Below are positions 13,301 through 23,807 of a DNA stretch of 64,000 bases, piece by piece. Both the position numbers and the translations under genes were made by a program. The notes under the pieces were generated by a model. The model had not been told where the DNA came from and made no database searches. It saw only the letters and a list, made by a program, of their open reading frames with translations. The stretch's first letter is position 1. Each line of letters begins with the position of its first letter. Source of the stretch: Phyllobates terribilis (Eukaryota). The stretch lies in assembly GCF_046119375.1 (NCBI RefSeq), contig NW_027362762.1, forward strand, positions 814,494,001-814,558,000, read 5' to 3'.

Positions 13301-13565
13301 ACAGCTCAGGACCCCCCCCACCACACACTGACCACCGTGGGAATGATCACAGCTCAGGACCCCCCCCCACCACACACTGACCACCGTGGGAATGATCACA
13401 GCTCAGGACCCCCCCCCACCACACACTGACCACCGTGGGAATGATCACAGCTCAGGACCCCCCCCCACCACACACTGACCACCGTGGGAATGATCACAGC
13501 TCAGGACCCCCCCCCCACCACACACTGACCACCGTGGGAATGATCACAGCTCAGGACCCCCCCAC
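10351..13565. repeat. 48-bp tandem array (~67 copies) in pom121 intron 1
   Basis: Unit CTGACCACCGTGGGAATGATCACAGCTCAGGACCCCCCCCACCACACA; variation is almost entirely in the length of the C run. Confidence 0.97.
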
Positions 13566-13737
13566 CCCACCCATCACAGTCCTAGAGGGGGTGACCAGTT
13601 GCCCACCTGTAGGATGTTCCCCCAGGGGAGGGACGCACAGTGGGGGCTTCTAGTAAGTGCAGGCAGCCACGACACACACGGGTGGCACACGGCAGATACA
13701 CGGTCCTGGCACCCAGACACGAGCATGCAGCACCCAC

Positions 13738-14180
13738 CTGAAAGACAGGCGCCGGGCAGGGGTCGGCACCGCGGGGTTAGGTCTTGTGAGCCGCTCCCTC
13801 AGGTCCCGGGCACCGCGCCCCACAGCCCGGGCCGGCGGCTCCTGCTTCCCCAGGTAGCTGCCCATCAGTAGCAGTAAGGAGGCAGGAGACCACCGCACGG
13901 CCGCTCTCCTGTGCTGCACAGGCCTCTGCCTCCCCACGGCCGCACGTGGTCCCCACTCAGGAAGTCTCCACCAGCGGCCGCCCGAGCTGCTAGAAGCCCA
14001 GCCGGCGAGCGCACACAGCAGCAGGGCGCTGAGCCAGGGCCAGCAGTACACGAACAGCAGGAGGAGCAGGGCAACGGGCAGGAGCAAGGTCACCGGCTGC
14101 AACTCGCGATTCAAACTGTCTCGAATCAGCCGCCTCAGCCGGTCCCTGACCCCTCCTACCCGCCCTCCGGACGGACACAT
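13738..14180 (-). CDS. pom121: POM121 coding exon 1 (N-terminal transmembrane anchor)
   Basis: ATG at 14180 (MCPSGG...), hydrophobic segment LLLPVALLLLLFVYCWPWLSALLLCALAGW, diagnostic LLLMGSYLGK motif, donor TTC AG|gtgggt. 443 bp, phase 2, matching exon 2. Confidence 0.93.
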
Positions 14181-14600
14181 GATCGGCCGTGCGCCCCGCC
14201 AGGCCTTAAATACCCAGCGTGCACCACGCATGCAGGACCCCGTCCGTCACATCCCGTGTAACTAAGCAACACACATTCCCCCCACCCACCGCTGCTTTCA
14301 AATGCAGGACTCACAACAGGTTATTTTCCTGTGGGGGGAGCTTATGTATAGATACGTCATTTCCTGCAGTTGTCTATTGGATATAAAACGTTCTGACTCC
14401 GCCTCTAATGGTATTTGGCGCCAGAAGATGCTGACGTAGGACATGTGGACTCAGCCAATGGCGAGCATGGATGGGATCACGTGTCCTTGAAGTACTTCTT
14501 TTAAACAGCGCTCCTGGCCGTTAGCTCAGGGTGAGCGGTCACAGTGCAGGTGGGCGGGACAGCTGAGAGATCACAGTGAGACGTCTCGGCGGCGGCCTGC
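14181..14600 (-). promoter_or_regulatory. CpG-rich pom121 promoter region
   Basis: CpG-dense segment directly upstream of the ATG, with CCAAT, CACGTG, TACGTCA/TGACGTA and GGGCGG motifs. TSS not determinable from sequence alone. Confidence 0.55.
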
Positions 14601-15631
14601 TTAAAGGGGTTGTCCAATTTTGACATTGATGGTCAATCTACGCTAGCTCATCATTATCATAGTGGTGGAAATACCATTTTAAATTTGCTAAAAATAGCAA
14701 TTAATACTATTAGGGGAATGTGTCATCCAAAATTTTTTCAACAATTTAATTTAAAAACAACTTTTTTTTAAATGGTATAAAATATGAAAAATTAATTTAA
14801 AAAGTTGAATCTTTTCCACTTTTAAACACTAGAGAGTGCAGTTTCTATATGCCATGAAAATCTAGTGTCACGCTAGCAGGCATTATGTCCATAAATGGAT
14901 TATAATGAGGGCAACCTGGGCTGGGGCCTGAGACTCCCAGGGGCCCATGGCCAGATTGCCCTTATAATGTTTTGTGTGCTGCGATCAGCGGCACACATAT
15001 CCCGGCATGGAGCTTTCCTGGAGCTCCGCTGCCGAGAATTCAGAATGGCAGCTCACACCCCCTCTGCTTTGACATGCTGCGCGACGGAATAAGATGCCAT
15101 TAAGCTAAGTACACAACTGGTCAGGCCATATAGGTCCTAATATCTATAGCCATAGAAATGTGACTGAGGTATATTGGTTTACAAACTAAATAAAGAGAAT
15201 TTTTTAATGTTTTTTTGTTATGGTTTACATGTACAAGGGCCCCATAGGTTGATCGCTTTGGTTGTTCATTGAGGGGGCTATGTGGGGGCTTATACTGTAT
15301 ATAGGGCTCATGAGCTATCAGAGGGGATCATGTGACATGTCATGTGATACATCAGGTACTCTGGATGGGGGCAAGAGCATGCCTTCTAAACTGTCCCTGA
15401 TTATGGCTGCTGTAAATGTGGGTGGGGGTCTGCTGCATGTGTCTGACATCATTCCTCCCCTCCCCCTTCTGGGTGTTTGCAAAAGGAAAAGGGAGGATAA
15501 AGTTTACAAAGATCACAGGGCAGAGACATGTTGGTGACTGCAAAGTGATACGGAGATGTGGACAGTGGCAGCGCTGATTCTGCTAGTTGATGCTGCTTGC
15601 TGTATCACACGCTGGGATTAGATATGCATAG

Positions 15632-16656
15632 TGACTCGCCCCCTGGGACGTGGGGTACTCGAAACCGGGTCTTCTGGTGTACGGTGCTGATGGGGGTAGT
15701 AGTGGCAACCCGGTCCCGTAGCTCAAGGTGGTCAGACCAATGTTGTGACAGTCTATTTATAGATTTGTGAATGTCCGACTACGCCACCCGTGGATTGCGG
15801 TCAGGGATAACCGCCGCTGCGAGGCAGACCGCTGAGGCTGGTGTTGGTGTGCAGCACAGGGGTAGGATAACTCCCCACGGGAGGAGTGTAGCCTCAGGGC
15901 AGTGTAGGTGGATGCTGGGGGTGATAGTGCCGGCCGCAATAGTAAAAGTTCAGAGTCCGCTTCAAAACATTTCTGGGTCTTTATTGTAGATGTTATTAAT
16001 GACCCAACAGTAGTACCGGTTAGGAATGGGCCTGGATGTCTGAGAGCATTCGAGCGAGCCCCACTGGTCAGGGTGAGTGTGTAGGCCTACCGTTCTCTCT
16101 ATGCTCTTTCTGACTATCCCCCTCTTCGTGGTGTAATAGCCCACGTCCCTGAGCTGGCCGTGTACTTCTCGCCTGTATGGCTTGCGACTCAGGCCTTGGG
16201 TACCTTTTACTTTCTCCTCGCTGTACTGGTCCCTCTGTGTGGCGGAGCCTCCAGGCTTCTTAGGCCAAGGGACCTGAAATCCCTCACGGGTTGGTTCTTT
16301 GCTGCTGGGAATGATAACCCGGGCAGCCTCGGACCCCAATGTCCGGTTAGATTGATTCTCTGCCAGGACCGGCTCTCGTCGCCTCTGTCCCTGGCTCGCA
16401 GTCTCTCCTCTGCCTAACGGACCCCTCAGCTGCGGCTGACCTGTCCCTTCCTCCAAGAAACCCTTCTGGTCACTTCAGAAGTGGGTTCTGGTCTCTCTAA
16501 CCCTGCCCCAGTTCCAGCTTTTATAGGGCAGCCAGTTCCCCCTACTGGCCTGGGACAGGAGGTGCTGCATGCTAATTGTCCCTAACCAGGGAACCTCCCT
16601 CCTGCTCTCAGAGGCAGATTAATCACATTTGTGGCAACCAGGCCTGGGGTGCCACA
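15632..16656 (-). mobile_element. Solo LTR of a Gypsy family related to the element at 17354-25236
   Basis: Ends TGACTCGCCCC...GGGGTGCCACA resemble the neighbouring LTRs and share internal blocks. Flanked by CATAG on both sides; no internal coding sequence. Confidence 0.85.
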
Positions 16657-16659
16657 CAT

Positions 16660-17020
16660 AGTGTATCACACAGGATGGGAAAGGATACAGGGTGAGGAGT
16701 GTATCACGGGATTGGATACAATGTATCACGTGATGGAATTAGAAACATGGCTCAGCGGATCGTATCACACATGCTGGGATTAGATGCACGGCTCAGCAGA
16801 TCATAGCACACAAGATGGGATTAAATGCATGGCTCAGCAAATCCCATCACACAGGATGGGATAGGATATAGGGCGAGGAGTGTATCACATGGGATTGGAT
16901 ACAGTGTATCACGTGATGGAATTAGAAACATGGCTCAGCAGATCGAATCACACAAAATGGGATTAGATGCATGGCTCAGCAGATCATATGATGCATTATG
17001 GGATTAGATACATGGCTCTA
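16660..17020. repeat. Degenerate ~38-40 bp tandem repeat interrupted by the solo LTR
   Basis: Recurrent ATGGGATTAGATGCATGGCTCAGCAGATC..ATCACAC units; one similar unit lies left of the LTR (~15600-15630). Confidence 0.65.
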
Positions 17021-17353
17021 CTCCGTTATTGTAATGCCTCATTCAGATGTCTGTGTGCCTACCCCTCATCATGGCCCTGCTCTGGACTACGATAAAATGG
17101 TGCCCAACTGCTCCCACAGCTGAGAATTGGAGGTGTGCCAGCTCACAGCAGAGGCTGCCACAATATAGGAGATGTGGATGGACACCGACCTCAGCCTTCT
17201 GTGCCCAGAGGCTGGCGTATTCACGGTGTCGTGCTCAGACACCTGCACACCAGCAAATAAAAATGGCAGCCCCCAGCGGCCGCAGAGAAAAATAAATAGA
17301 TGAAAAAGTTTAAACACTACATGCCATTTTGTATTAAAAATAATTGATGATTA

Positions 17354-18356
17354 TGACGCGCCCCTGGGCCTGCTGTGTTGCGCAGCGTCTCGCGCACGGG
17401 GCTTACCCGGAACCGGATCAGATGAGGGTTGTAGTCTCCGAGTGGCGGGGACCCGGTCCGTGCCCAGGGAGTCAAACTCGATGTGTGGCAGTCTTGATAG
17501 ATGTTATTTGAGTGTCGACTACGCCACCCGTTGATTTGCAGCTATGGAGCTGCCGCTGCAGGGCAGACCGCTGAGGCCGGTGTAGAATTGTGCAGCGTGA
17601 TAGTATAACCCCCAACGGGAGGGGTATGGCCTCAGGGCAGCCGACGTGGAAAATGGGGGTAGCAGGAACCACTCAGACACGGTGCGGTGTAATTCAGGGT
17701 CTTTACTGGTAACAACGATAGACCCTCCCGGAGTACTTGCTAGCGAACGGGGCCTGGTCAGTCCTTGAGCAGATGGGATCTCCCCTGGCCAGGCGGAGTT
17801 GTAGGCCTCCCAAACTGACTGTACTCTTCTGGCTACCTTGCTAGAAGCGGATATAAGTAGCTCACGTCCCTGAGTGTACCGTGTGGTGCTCACCCGTATG
17901 GCCGGTGACTCGGGGCCTTCTAATGGCTTCCGCTCCACGATGGCGGTGCTGGTCCCACGCGTGTGACTGTGCCTTCGGGTTTCTGGGCCTGAGGACCTGA
18001 AATCCCCTGCCGGTCGGCTTCTGCTGCTGGGTAGGAGTTAGTCCCCACAGCCTCGGACGCCGGGTCCGGTGAGAAAGCTTCTCAGTCAGGGCGAGCTCTG
18101 CAGCTGCCAGCCCCTGACTTGTAGTAGTATTGCTCCCACTGAGCTTCTGCTGTTTCTTCCTGTGACTGCTTCTTGTCTCTACTCTCCTTGACTGACTAAC
18201 CCTGCTTCAGCCCCGGGTTTATATAGGGGAAGTTCTTCCCCTCCCAAGACTGGGCAGGAGGTGTGGCATGCACAGGATCCCTGACCAAAGGACCTCCCAC
18301 CTGCTCTCAGACATAACATTACATTACTGTGGAAACCAGACCCCTGGGGTGCCACA
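17354..18356 (-). repeat. 3' LTR of the Gypsy element (1003 bp)
   Basis: Direct repeat of 24239-25236; by eye about 5-6 substitutions and one 5-bp indel. Confidence 0.96.
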
Positions 18357-18365
18357 TTCCCCCCT
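18357..18365 (-). other. Polypurine tract
   Basis: Minus strand AGGGGGGAA immediately before the TG of the 3' LTR. Confidence 0.85.
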
Positions 18366-18714
18366 AGTAAAATTTAGTACTCCGGGACTAAACACATTTT
18401 TGTAAACATAACAGAGTACAACCAAAACATTATAATAAAGAGACACATAACAATGGTCACGGCGTGTCCGCAACCGGGTGCAATCTTTGAGGGAAAGCAA
18501 GGTGTCCATTTCACCAAAACAGGGAGACGTAACCAGGTAGGGGTTTGTCCTACCCCGAGTCCTTAACAGTCTTTAGTCCGTCCTGGGTTACACTCCAACT
18601 ATGTACAAAGGATTCCCGGTAAATCCACCAAGGACTCCTAAAAATAACTAGAAACACATAATTATACACAAGCAACAATAAACAGGTAACCACAAATAAA
18701 ACAATTTATACACT

Positions 18715-21700
18715 TCAAATCCTCCAACGTGCGGGTAACTGGCCCCTAGTGGCCCTAGTGGACCTACGGAGCTGACTGTCTGGCCCTGAACTACAGGGTG
18801 TAGGAGCTGTTAAGGGTAAACTGGGCAGCGGTCTACGGGCCCTTTGGCTCACTAGGGATATGGCAGGCTCACTGCAAGCAGAGGGTTGATCCTCCTGGTC
18901 TGCTGGTGTGGGGTCTTCTGCCTCCTGGACCGGCTGTTCTTCCAGCTCTACCTGTTGCTCCGTAGGTGCTTGGGATGCTGGTTGGAGGAAGGTGAGTACG
19001 GGTACCACAACTGCACCATTGACTTGAGTCCAAGACCGAGGGAAGTCCCCGAGCACAGTACTAACCATATCTTCCCTTTCCTCTACGGGTCGATGGTCTT
19101 CTTGTTCCTCTTCAGGGTTCCTCAGTTGTTCGGGACACTTTTTCAGGTGGTCCCGGGATACAATGGCTGTGGTTTCCCCTCCGTCTTTACTGATGGTACA
19201 AACCTTCGGGTTCTCGTGGCTTGAGGGCAGTACGGTGTACGGGTCCTTCTCCCACTGGTCGTCCAACTTGTGGAGCCGTCTCTTCCTCTTCAAGACCTGC
19301 TCTCCGGGTACCAGGGGAACAGCGGGAGCATACTGGTTGTAAGTTTTCTCTTGTCTTTCCCTAGCCTGACAGAGACTTCGCTCCACGCTCTCCTGTACTC
19401 TCCGGTACTGCTGCTGCCTCTCTGTGTCCCAGTCTGCTTCTGGTGAAGTGTCCTCGGGTGTCAGGACTCCCATTTCCAGGTCAACAGGTAACTTACCAGG
19501 TCTCACCCTCATTAGGTAAGCCGGGGTACAGTTGGTGGAACCTACCGGGATGTGGTTGTATAGGTCCACCAGATCGGGCAGCTTCTCAGGCCACAGACTG
19601 CGTTCTTCCAGGGGCAACGTTTTCAGAAGATCCATTACCACCTGGTTCATTTTCTCACAAAGTCCATTAGTTTGCGGATGATAGGGTGTCGTCCTTATCT
19701 TCCGGCAGCCATACAGAGTGCAGAACTCTTGGAAGACCTCCGCTTCAAAGGCAGGTCCCTGGTCTGTCAACACTTGGTCCGGGTACCCGTGTGGACGGCA
19801 GAAATGCTGCTGGAAGGCTCTTGCTGCTGTCCGAGCTGTTAAGTCCTTGACGGGGACGACAACCAAGAACCGGGAGTAATGATCCACGATGGTTAACGCG
19901 TAGACGTAGCCACTTCTGCTTGGGGTCAGTTTTACATGATCCAAGGCTACCAGTTCCAACGGTTGCCGGGTGATGATGGACTGCAGGGGAGTCTTCTGGC
20001 TGGCACGGTCCTTCCTTCTCAGGTTGCACGGGCCACAGTCTCTGCACCACTTCTCGATGGTTCCCCTCATGCCTACCCAGTGGAACCGCTCGCGCAGCAG
20101 GAACTCCAGCTTCTTCCACCCGAAGTGTCCAGCTCCGTCGTGGTATGCCTCCATCACCATGGCTGCGTCTCTTCGTGGCACCACTACTTGCCAGAGTAAT
20201 TCATGTGTCCGGGAGTTAACCATTCTGCGGCACAACTTCCCTTTGTAAAGGAACAGTCGACTCTTCTCTGCCCATAGTTGTTTGGCTTCCTCCGGAGCGT
20301 CTGGGTCAAGGCGAGCCTCTGGCCGAGTCAGCATCTCCTTCACCAGTCGGACGGCAGGGTCGCTGTCTTGCGTTTCCGCCCAGTTGTAGTGGGGTAAGGG
20401 GTTCAACGTAGCAGCCTGCTTACTCCTTACCCGGTGGGAGTACTGGATAGTCCCATGACGGTGGAACGCAGGGAGTTCAACTTCTTCCAGTCCCTCCGGA
20501 TCTTCTCCTCCGTCCGGCAGGTTGGGCATCCTGGACAGGGCGTCCGCGTTGGTATTGGAGCGTCCTGCCCGGTATTTGATTGTGAACTCGTAGTTGGACA
20601 GACGGGCCATCCACCTCTGCTCCAGGGCACCGAGTCTTGCCGTGTCCAGGTGTGTCAACGGGTTGTTATCCGTGTACACGGTGAACCGGGAAGAAGCGAG
20701 GTAATGCTTAAAGCGCTCGGTGACTGCCCATACCACGGCCAGGAACTCTAACTTAAATGAGCTGTAATTCTCGGGGTTCCTTTCGGTGGGTCGCAGTTTT
20801 CGGCTTGCGTAGGCGATTACTCGTTCTTTCCCTTGCTGAATCTGGGACAGCACGGCTCCTAGCCCGATGTTACTGGCGTCGGTGTAGAGGATAAAGGGCT
20901 GGCTATAATCCGGGTATGCCAGGATTTCATCCCCCGTGAGGGCCATCTTCAGCTGGCGGAAGGACTCTTCTTCCAGCTCCTCCCATTTGAAGGGCGGCTT
21001 CTGGTTCTTGGCCTTCCAGGACTGGCCTATCAGGAGGTCCTGCATAGGAGCTGCTTTTTTGGTGAAGCCGGGGATGAATCTGCGGTAATAGCCTACCAAC
21101 CCAAGGAACTGCCGCACTTCCTTTACACTGGAGGGACTTGGCCATTCCTTAATTGCGGTGATCTTATCAGGGTCGGGAGCCACTCCATCAGCGCTCACCA
21201 CGTGTCCCAGGTACTGCACCTTTGGCTTCAGGAGGTGACACTTAGAGGGTTTCACCTTCAGGCCGTAACTTGCCAGGGCTTCGAACACTTCCGCCAGATG
21301 TTTCAGGTGGTCCTCATAAGTCTTGGAATATACGATGACATCGTCCAGGTACAACAAGACCGTCTCGAAGTTTTTGTGTCCCAGACAGCACTCCATTAAT
21401 CGTTGGAAGGTTCCTGGTGCGTTACAAAGTCCAAACGGCATACAGGTAAACTCGCTAAGTCCCATCGGGGTGGTGAATGCGGTCTTCTCCCGGTCCGCCT
21501 CCGCTACAGGAACCTGCCAGTACCCGCTAGTGAGATCCAAGGTAGAGAAGAAGTTAGCAGATCTTAAAGCAGCCAAAGACTCCTCTATCCTTGGTAAAGG
21601 GTACGCATCCTTGTGTGTGATACGGTTGATTTTCCGGTAATCTACACACATCCTCATAGTGTTGTCTTTCTTTTTGACTAAAACCAGTGGGGCTGCCCAG

Positions 21701-22851
21701 GGGCTACAGCTATCCCGGATTACCCCAGCCTCCTTCATGTCTCTAAGCATCCCCTTGGCGTGTTGGTAGTGTGCAGGGGGTACGGGTCGATACCTCTCTT
21801 TTATGGGAGGATGATCTCCCGTGGGGATGCGGTGTTCTACCCCCTTGACTCGCCCGAAGTCTAACGGGTGTTTACTAAACACTCTCTCATACTCTTGAAC
21901 CACCCGGTAGACTCCCTGTTTCTGGTGGGAGGGAGTGGAGTCTGTTCCCAAGTGTAGTTGCTGACACCAATCCTCCATTACTTTCTTAGAGCCGTTACCT
22001 TCCTCCGGGTGAGATGGAGGCAAGGGTTCCACAGATTGTATAGCATTTTGGCTAATGGTATATAATTTGGCTAGCGTGGCATACCGGGGCAGGTACACTT
22101 CCCTCTTCCCGATATTGATTATGCGAACGGGCACCCTCCCATGGCGTACATTAACCACCCCCCGTGCTGTCAAGATGATGGGCCTACTGTCTGCGTAAAC
22201 TGGTTCTACCATTGCCTGGTAATCTCTACCCCTCAGACCAATAGCTGCCCGGCACCAAATCATCATTTCACTTTTTGGGGGCATGGCAATAGGAAAAGGG
22301 TCACACATTCTTACGCTACCAATCTCACCGCCGGAGAGTTCCACCTGTTGCCGTCGCATCAGTGCCCGGATCTCTTTCTGGAGCACCCGCTGCTCGCCGG
22401 AACTGGCGTTCTTGGCAACCTGCTGTAGAAGGAAAATCACCTCTGCAAGACAATTTTCAATTACATTAGTTCCTAGAGTTATTTTTGGGTGACTCTCATG
22501 TTTGTCAATATCTACAATGATCAGTCCCTGTGCTGCCAGTTCGACTCTACCGATTTTGATGGTCACTTCTTTAAATCCGATCTGTGGCACGGGCTGGCCA
22601 TTGCTGGCGATGATACTCAAGTCGTCGTCAGGGTAGCGGGTAATATCCGAGTCATTCCAGTATTGCTTAAAGAGCACGTACGGGATGGTGGTGACCTGTG
22701 ACCCGGTGTCCAGTAGGGCACTCATGGGAATGCCATCCAGTACCACAGGCAAGACTGGACGTCCTCCCACATATCTGTCGCGCCAGTTCGATGGGCCTGG
22801 TGATCTTTTTCCTGGGGGTTGGCCCTCTACCCCAGGTTGTGCCCGTTTAAA
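18715..22851 (-). CDS. pol: Gypsy Pol (protease, RT, RNase H, integrase), entered by -1 frameshift
   Basis: Uninterrupted 1351-aa ORF (18715-22770) with LLDTGS, YLDD, TDAS...KLE, HFGW/CGPC, LDH, TDQG and E motifs. The frame stays open upstream to the slippery site at 22845-22851. Confidence 0.97.
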   Translation of the reverse strand, partial: FKRAQPGVEGQPPGKRSPGPSNWRDRYVGGRPVLPVVLDGIPMSALLDTGSQVTTIPYVLFKQYWNDSDITRYPDDDLSIIASNGQPVPQIGFKEVTIKIGRVELAAQGLIIVDIDKHESHPKITLGTNVIENCLAEVIFLLQQVAKNASSGEQRVLQKEIRALMRRQQVELSGGEIGSVRMCDPFPIAMPPKSEMMIWCRAAIGLRGRDYQAMVEPVYADSRPIILTARGVVNVRHGRVPVRIINIGKREVYLPRYATLAKLYTISQNAIQSVEPLPPSHPEEGNGSKKVMEDWCQQLHLGTDSTPSHQKQGVYRVVQEYERVFSKHPLDFGRVKGVEHRIPTGDHPPIKERYRPVPPAHYQHAKGMLRDMKEAGVIRDSCSPWAAPLVLVKKKDNTMRMCVDYRKINRITHKDAYPLPRIEESLAALRSANFFSTLDLTSGYWQVPVAEADREKTAFTTPMGLSEFTCMPFGLCNAPGTFQRLMECCLGHKNFETVLLYLDDVIVYSKTYEDHLKHLAEVFEALASYGLKVKPSKCHLLKPKVQYLGHVVSADGVAPDPDKITAIKEWPSPSSVKEVRQFLGLVGYYRRFIPGFTKKAAPMQDLLIGQSWKAKNQKPPFKWEELEEESFRQLKMALTGDEILAYPDYSQPFILYTDASNIGLGAVLSQIQQGKERVIAYASRKLRPTERNPENYSSFKLEFLAVVWAVTERFKHYLASSRFTVYTDNNPLTHLDTARLGALEQRWMARLSNYEFTIKYRAGRSNTNADALSRMPNLPDGGEDPEGLEEVELPAFHRHGTIQYSHRVRSKQAATLNPLPHYNWAETQDSDPAVRLVKEMLTRPEARLDPDAPEEAKQLWAEKSRLFLYKGKLCRRMVNSRTHELLWQVVVPRRDAAMVMEAYHDGAGHFGWKKLEFLLRERFHWVGMRGTIEKWCRDCGPCNLRRKDRASQKTPLQSIITRQPLELVALDHVKLTPSRSGYVYALTIVDHYSRFLVVVPVKDLTARTAARAFQQHFCRPHGYPDQVLTDQGPAFEAEVFQEFCTLYGCRKIRTTPYHPQTNGLCEKMNQVVMDLLKTLPLEERSLWPEKLPDLVDLYNHIPVGSTNCTPAYLMRVRPGKLPVDLEMGVLTPEDTSPEADWDTERQQQYRRVQESVERSLCQARERQEKTYNQYAPAVPLVPGEQVLKRKRRLHKLDDQWEKDPYTVLPSSHENPKVCTISKDGGETTAIVSRDHLKKCPEQLRNPEEEQEDHRPVEEREDMVSTVLGDFPRSWTQVNGAVVVPVLTFLQPASQAPTEQQVELEEQPVQEAEDPTPADQEDQPSACSEPAISLVSQRARRPLPSLPLTAPTPCSSGPDSQLRRSTRATRGQLPARWRI

Positions 22852-23807
22852 GAACAGTACCTTGCCATATGTCCGGGTTGATTGCAGCGGCGGCAGATGG
22901 GTCGTCCGTCCTCGCTGTATCGGTCACTGGGTCTTCCTCTGGCCGGTGGGGTCCTCCTTGGTCGACGCCACGGGATGTCCTCCGGTCCGGATGCCAGCTG
23001 GATCTTCCCTGGAGTGGAAACCTGTAAAGACTGCACAGTTCGGGTTAGCGCAGCAACGCTCTTAGCTAGCTCTTGGACCTGATGGTGTAGGTCTGGAGCC
23101 GGGTCATTGTCCAAAGCCTGCGCATCAGCTCCCACAGGCCCTGCCGACAAGGGCGCCGCCTCCTGGTGGTAAGTGGTAGTGGGGCGCCTGTGGGTCACAA
23201 CGCCACCTGGTGCCGGTTCTCGGAGCACCCGGATGGCTCTGTCCTTGAACTGTGCAAATCCCAGATGGGGATCCTGCAAGGCCATTGCCCGCAACTGGGT
23301 TCGGTGGGTATTACAATATAGTCCCTCTATAAACTGTTCGGTCAACAGCCTGTCCTCGTTTCCCACTCCATCAGGGTCGGTCTGCTTAATGGCCCTCAGG
23401 GCCTCTTGTAGGTTTAGTGCATAGTCCCTTATACTCTCATGCGCTCGCTGCTTGCACCCGTAGAATCTAAGCTTAATCTCGGCTGAGGTACGGGTATCAA
23501 AGGTGTCCTTCAGCCGGGTTAGTATCCCTGCGACAGTCTTCCTCCCAGGTGGCCAGGATTTTACTTCCCTTTTGGCTGCCCCGGTTAGTTGGGCCACCAG
23601 GATGCTCACTTTTTGCTCTTCTGTGAGGGGGTACACCTGGAAGAGGCTATCCAGCTTTTCTCTAAAGTCATGCAGGGTATGTGACTCCCCTGAGTACTGG
23701 GGTAGCCAAGCTGCTCCCGGGATATAGGGCATGGTGAAGGGCATAACTGCAGCAGCGGTAGCGCTGGCGGGGGTTGAGGCAGTGAAGCTCTCCTCCGTAT
23801 CCGACAT
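22827..23807 (-). CDS. gag: Gypsy Gag (326 aa, PNMA-like capsid region, CCHC zinc knuckle)
   Basis: Likely ATG at 23807 (MSDTEES), CRRCNQPGHMARYC knuckle, TAG at 22827-22829. The ORF track's start at 24104 is upstream open frame in the 5' UTR. Confidence 0.92.
   Translation of the reverse strand: MSDTEESFTASTPASATAAAVMPFTMPYIPGAAWLPQYSGESHTLHDFREKLDSLFQVYPLTEEQKVSILVAQLTGAAKREVKSWPPGRKTVAGILTRLKDTFDTRTSAEIKLRFYGCKQRAHESIRDYALNLQEALRAIKQTDPDGVGNEDRLLTEQFIEGLYCNTHRTQLRAMALQDPHLGFAQFKDRAIRVLREPAPGGVVTHRRPTTTYHQEAAPLSAGPVGADAQALDNDPAPDLHHQVQELAKSVAALTRTVQSLQVSTPGKIQLASGPEDIPWRRPRRTPPARGRPSDRYSEDGRPICRRCNQPGHMARYCSLNGHNLG

Noticed and set aside
10351-13565. CRISPR-like regular repeat
   Set aside because: The units are contiguous with no unique spacers, there are no cas genes, and the context is eukaryotic.
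10216-13653. Very long ORFs (1054, 785, 782 aa) on both strands
   Set aside because: They result from a 48-bp unit that lacks stops in some frames; frames switch at C-run indels and the region lies inside pom121 intron 1.
14181-14231. Upstream in-frame ATG extending POM121 by 17 aa
   Set aside because: The extension overlaps a TATA-like TATTTAA and promoter-like sequence, so ATG 14180 is the more plausible start; not provable without TSS data.
18886-23727. Plus-strand ORFs within the Gypsy element, and a possible env gene
   Set aside because: The short antisense ORFs are shadows of GC-rich gag/pol; only about 350 bp separate the pol stop from the PPT, leaving no room for env.
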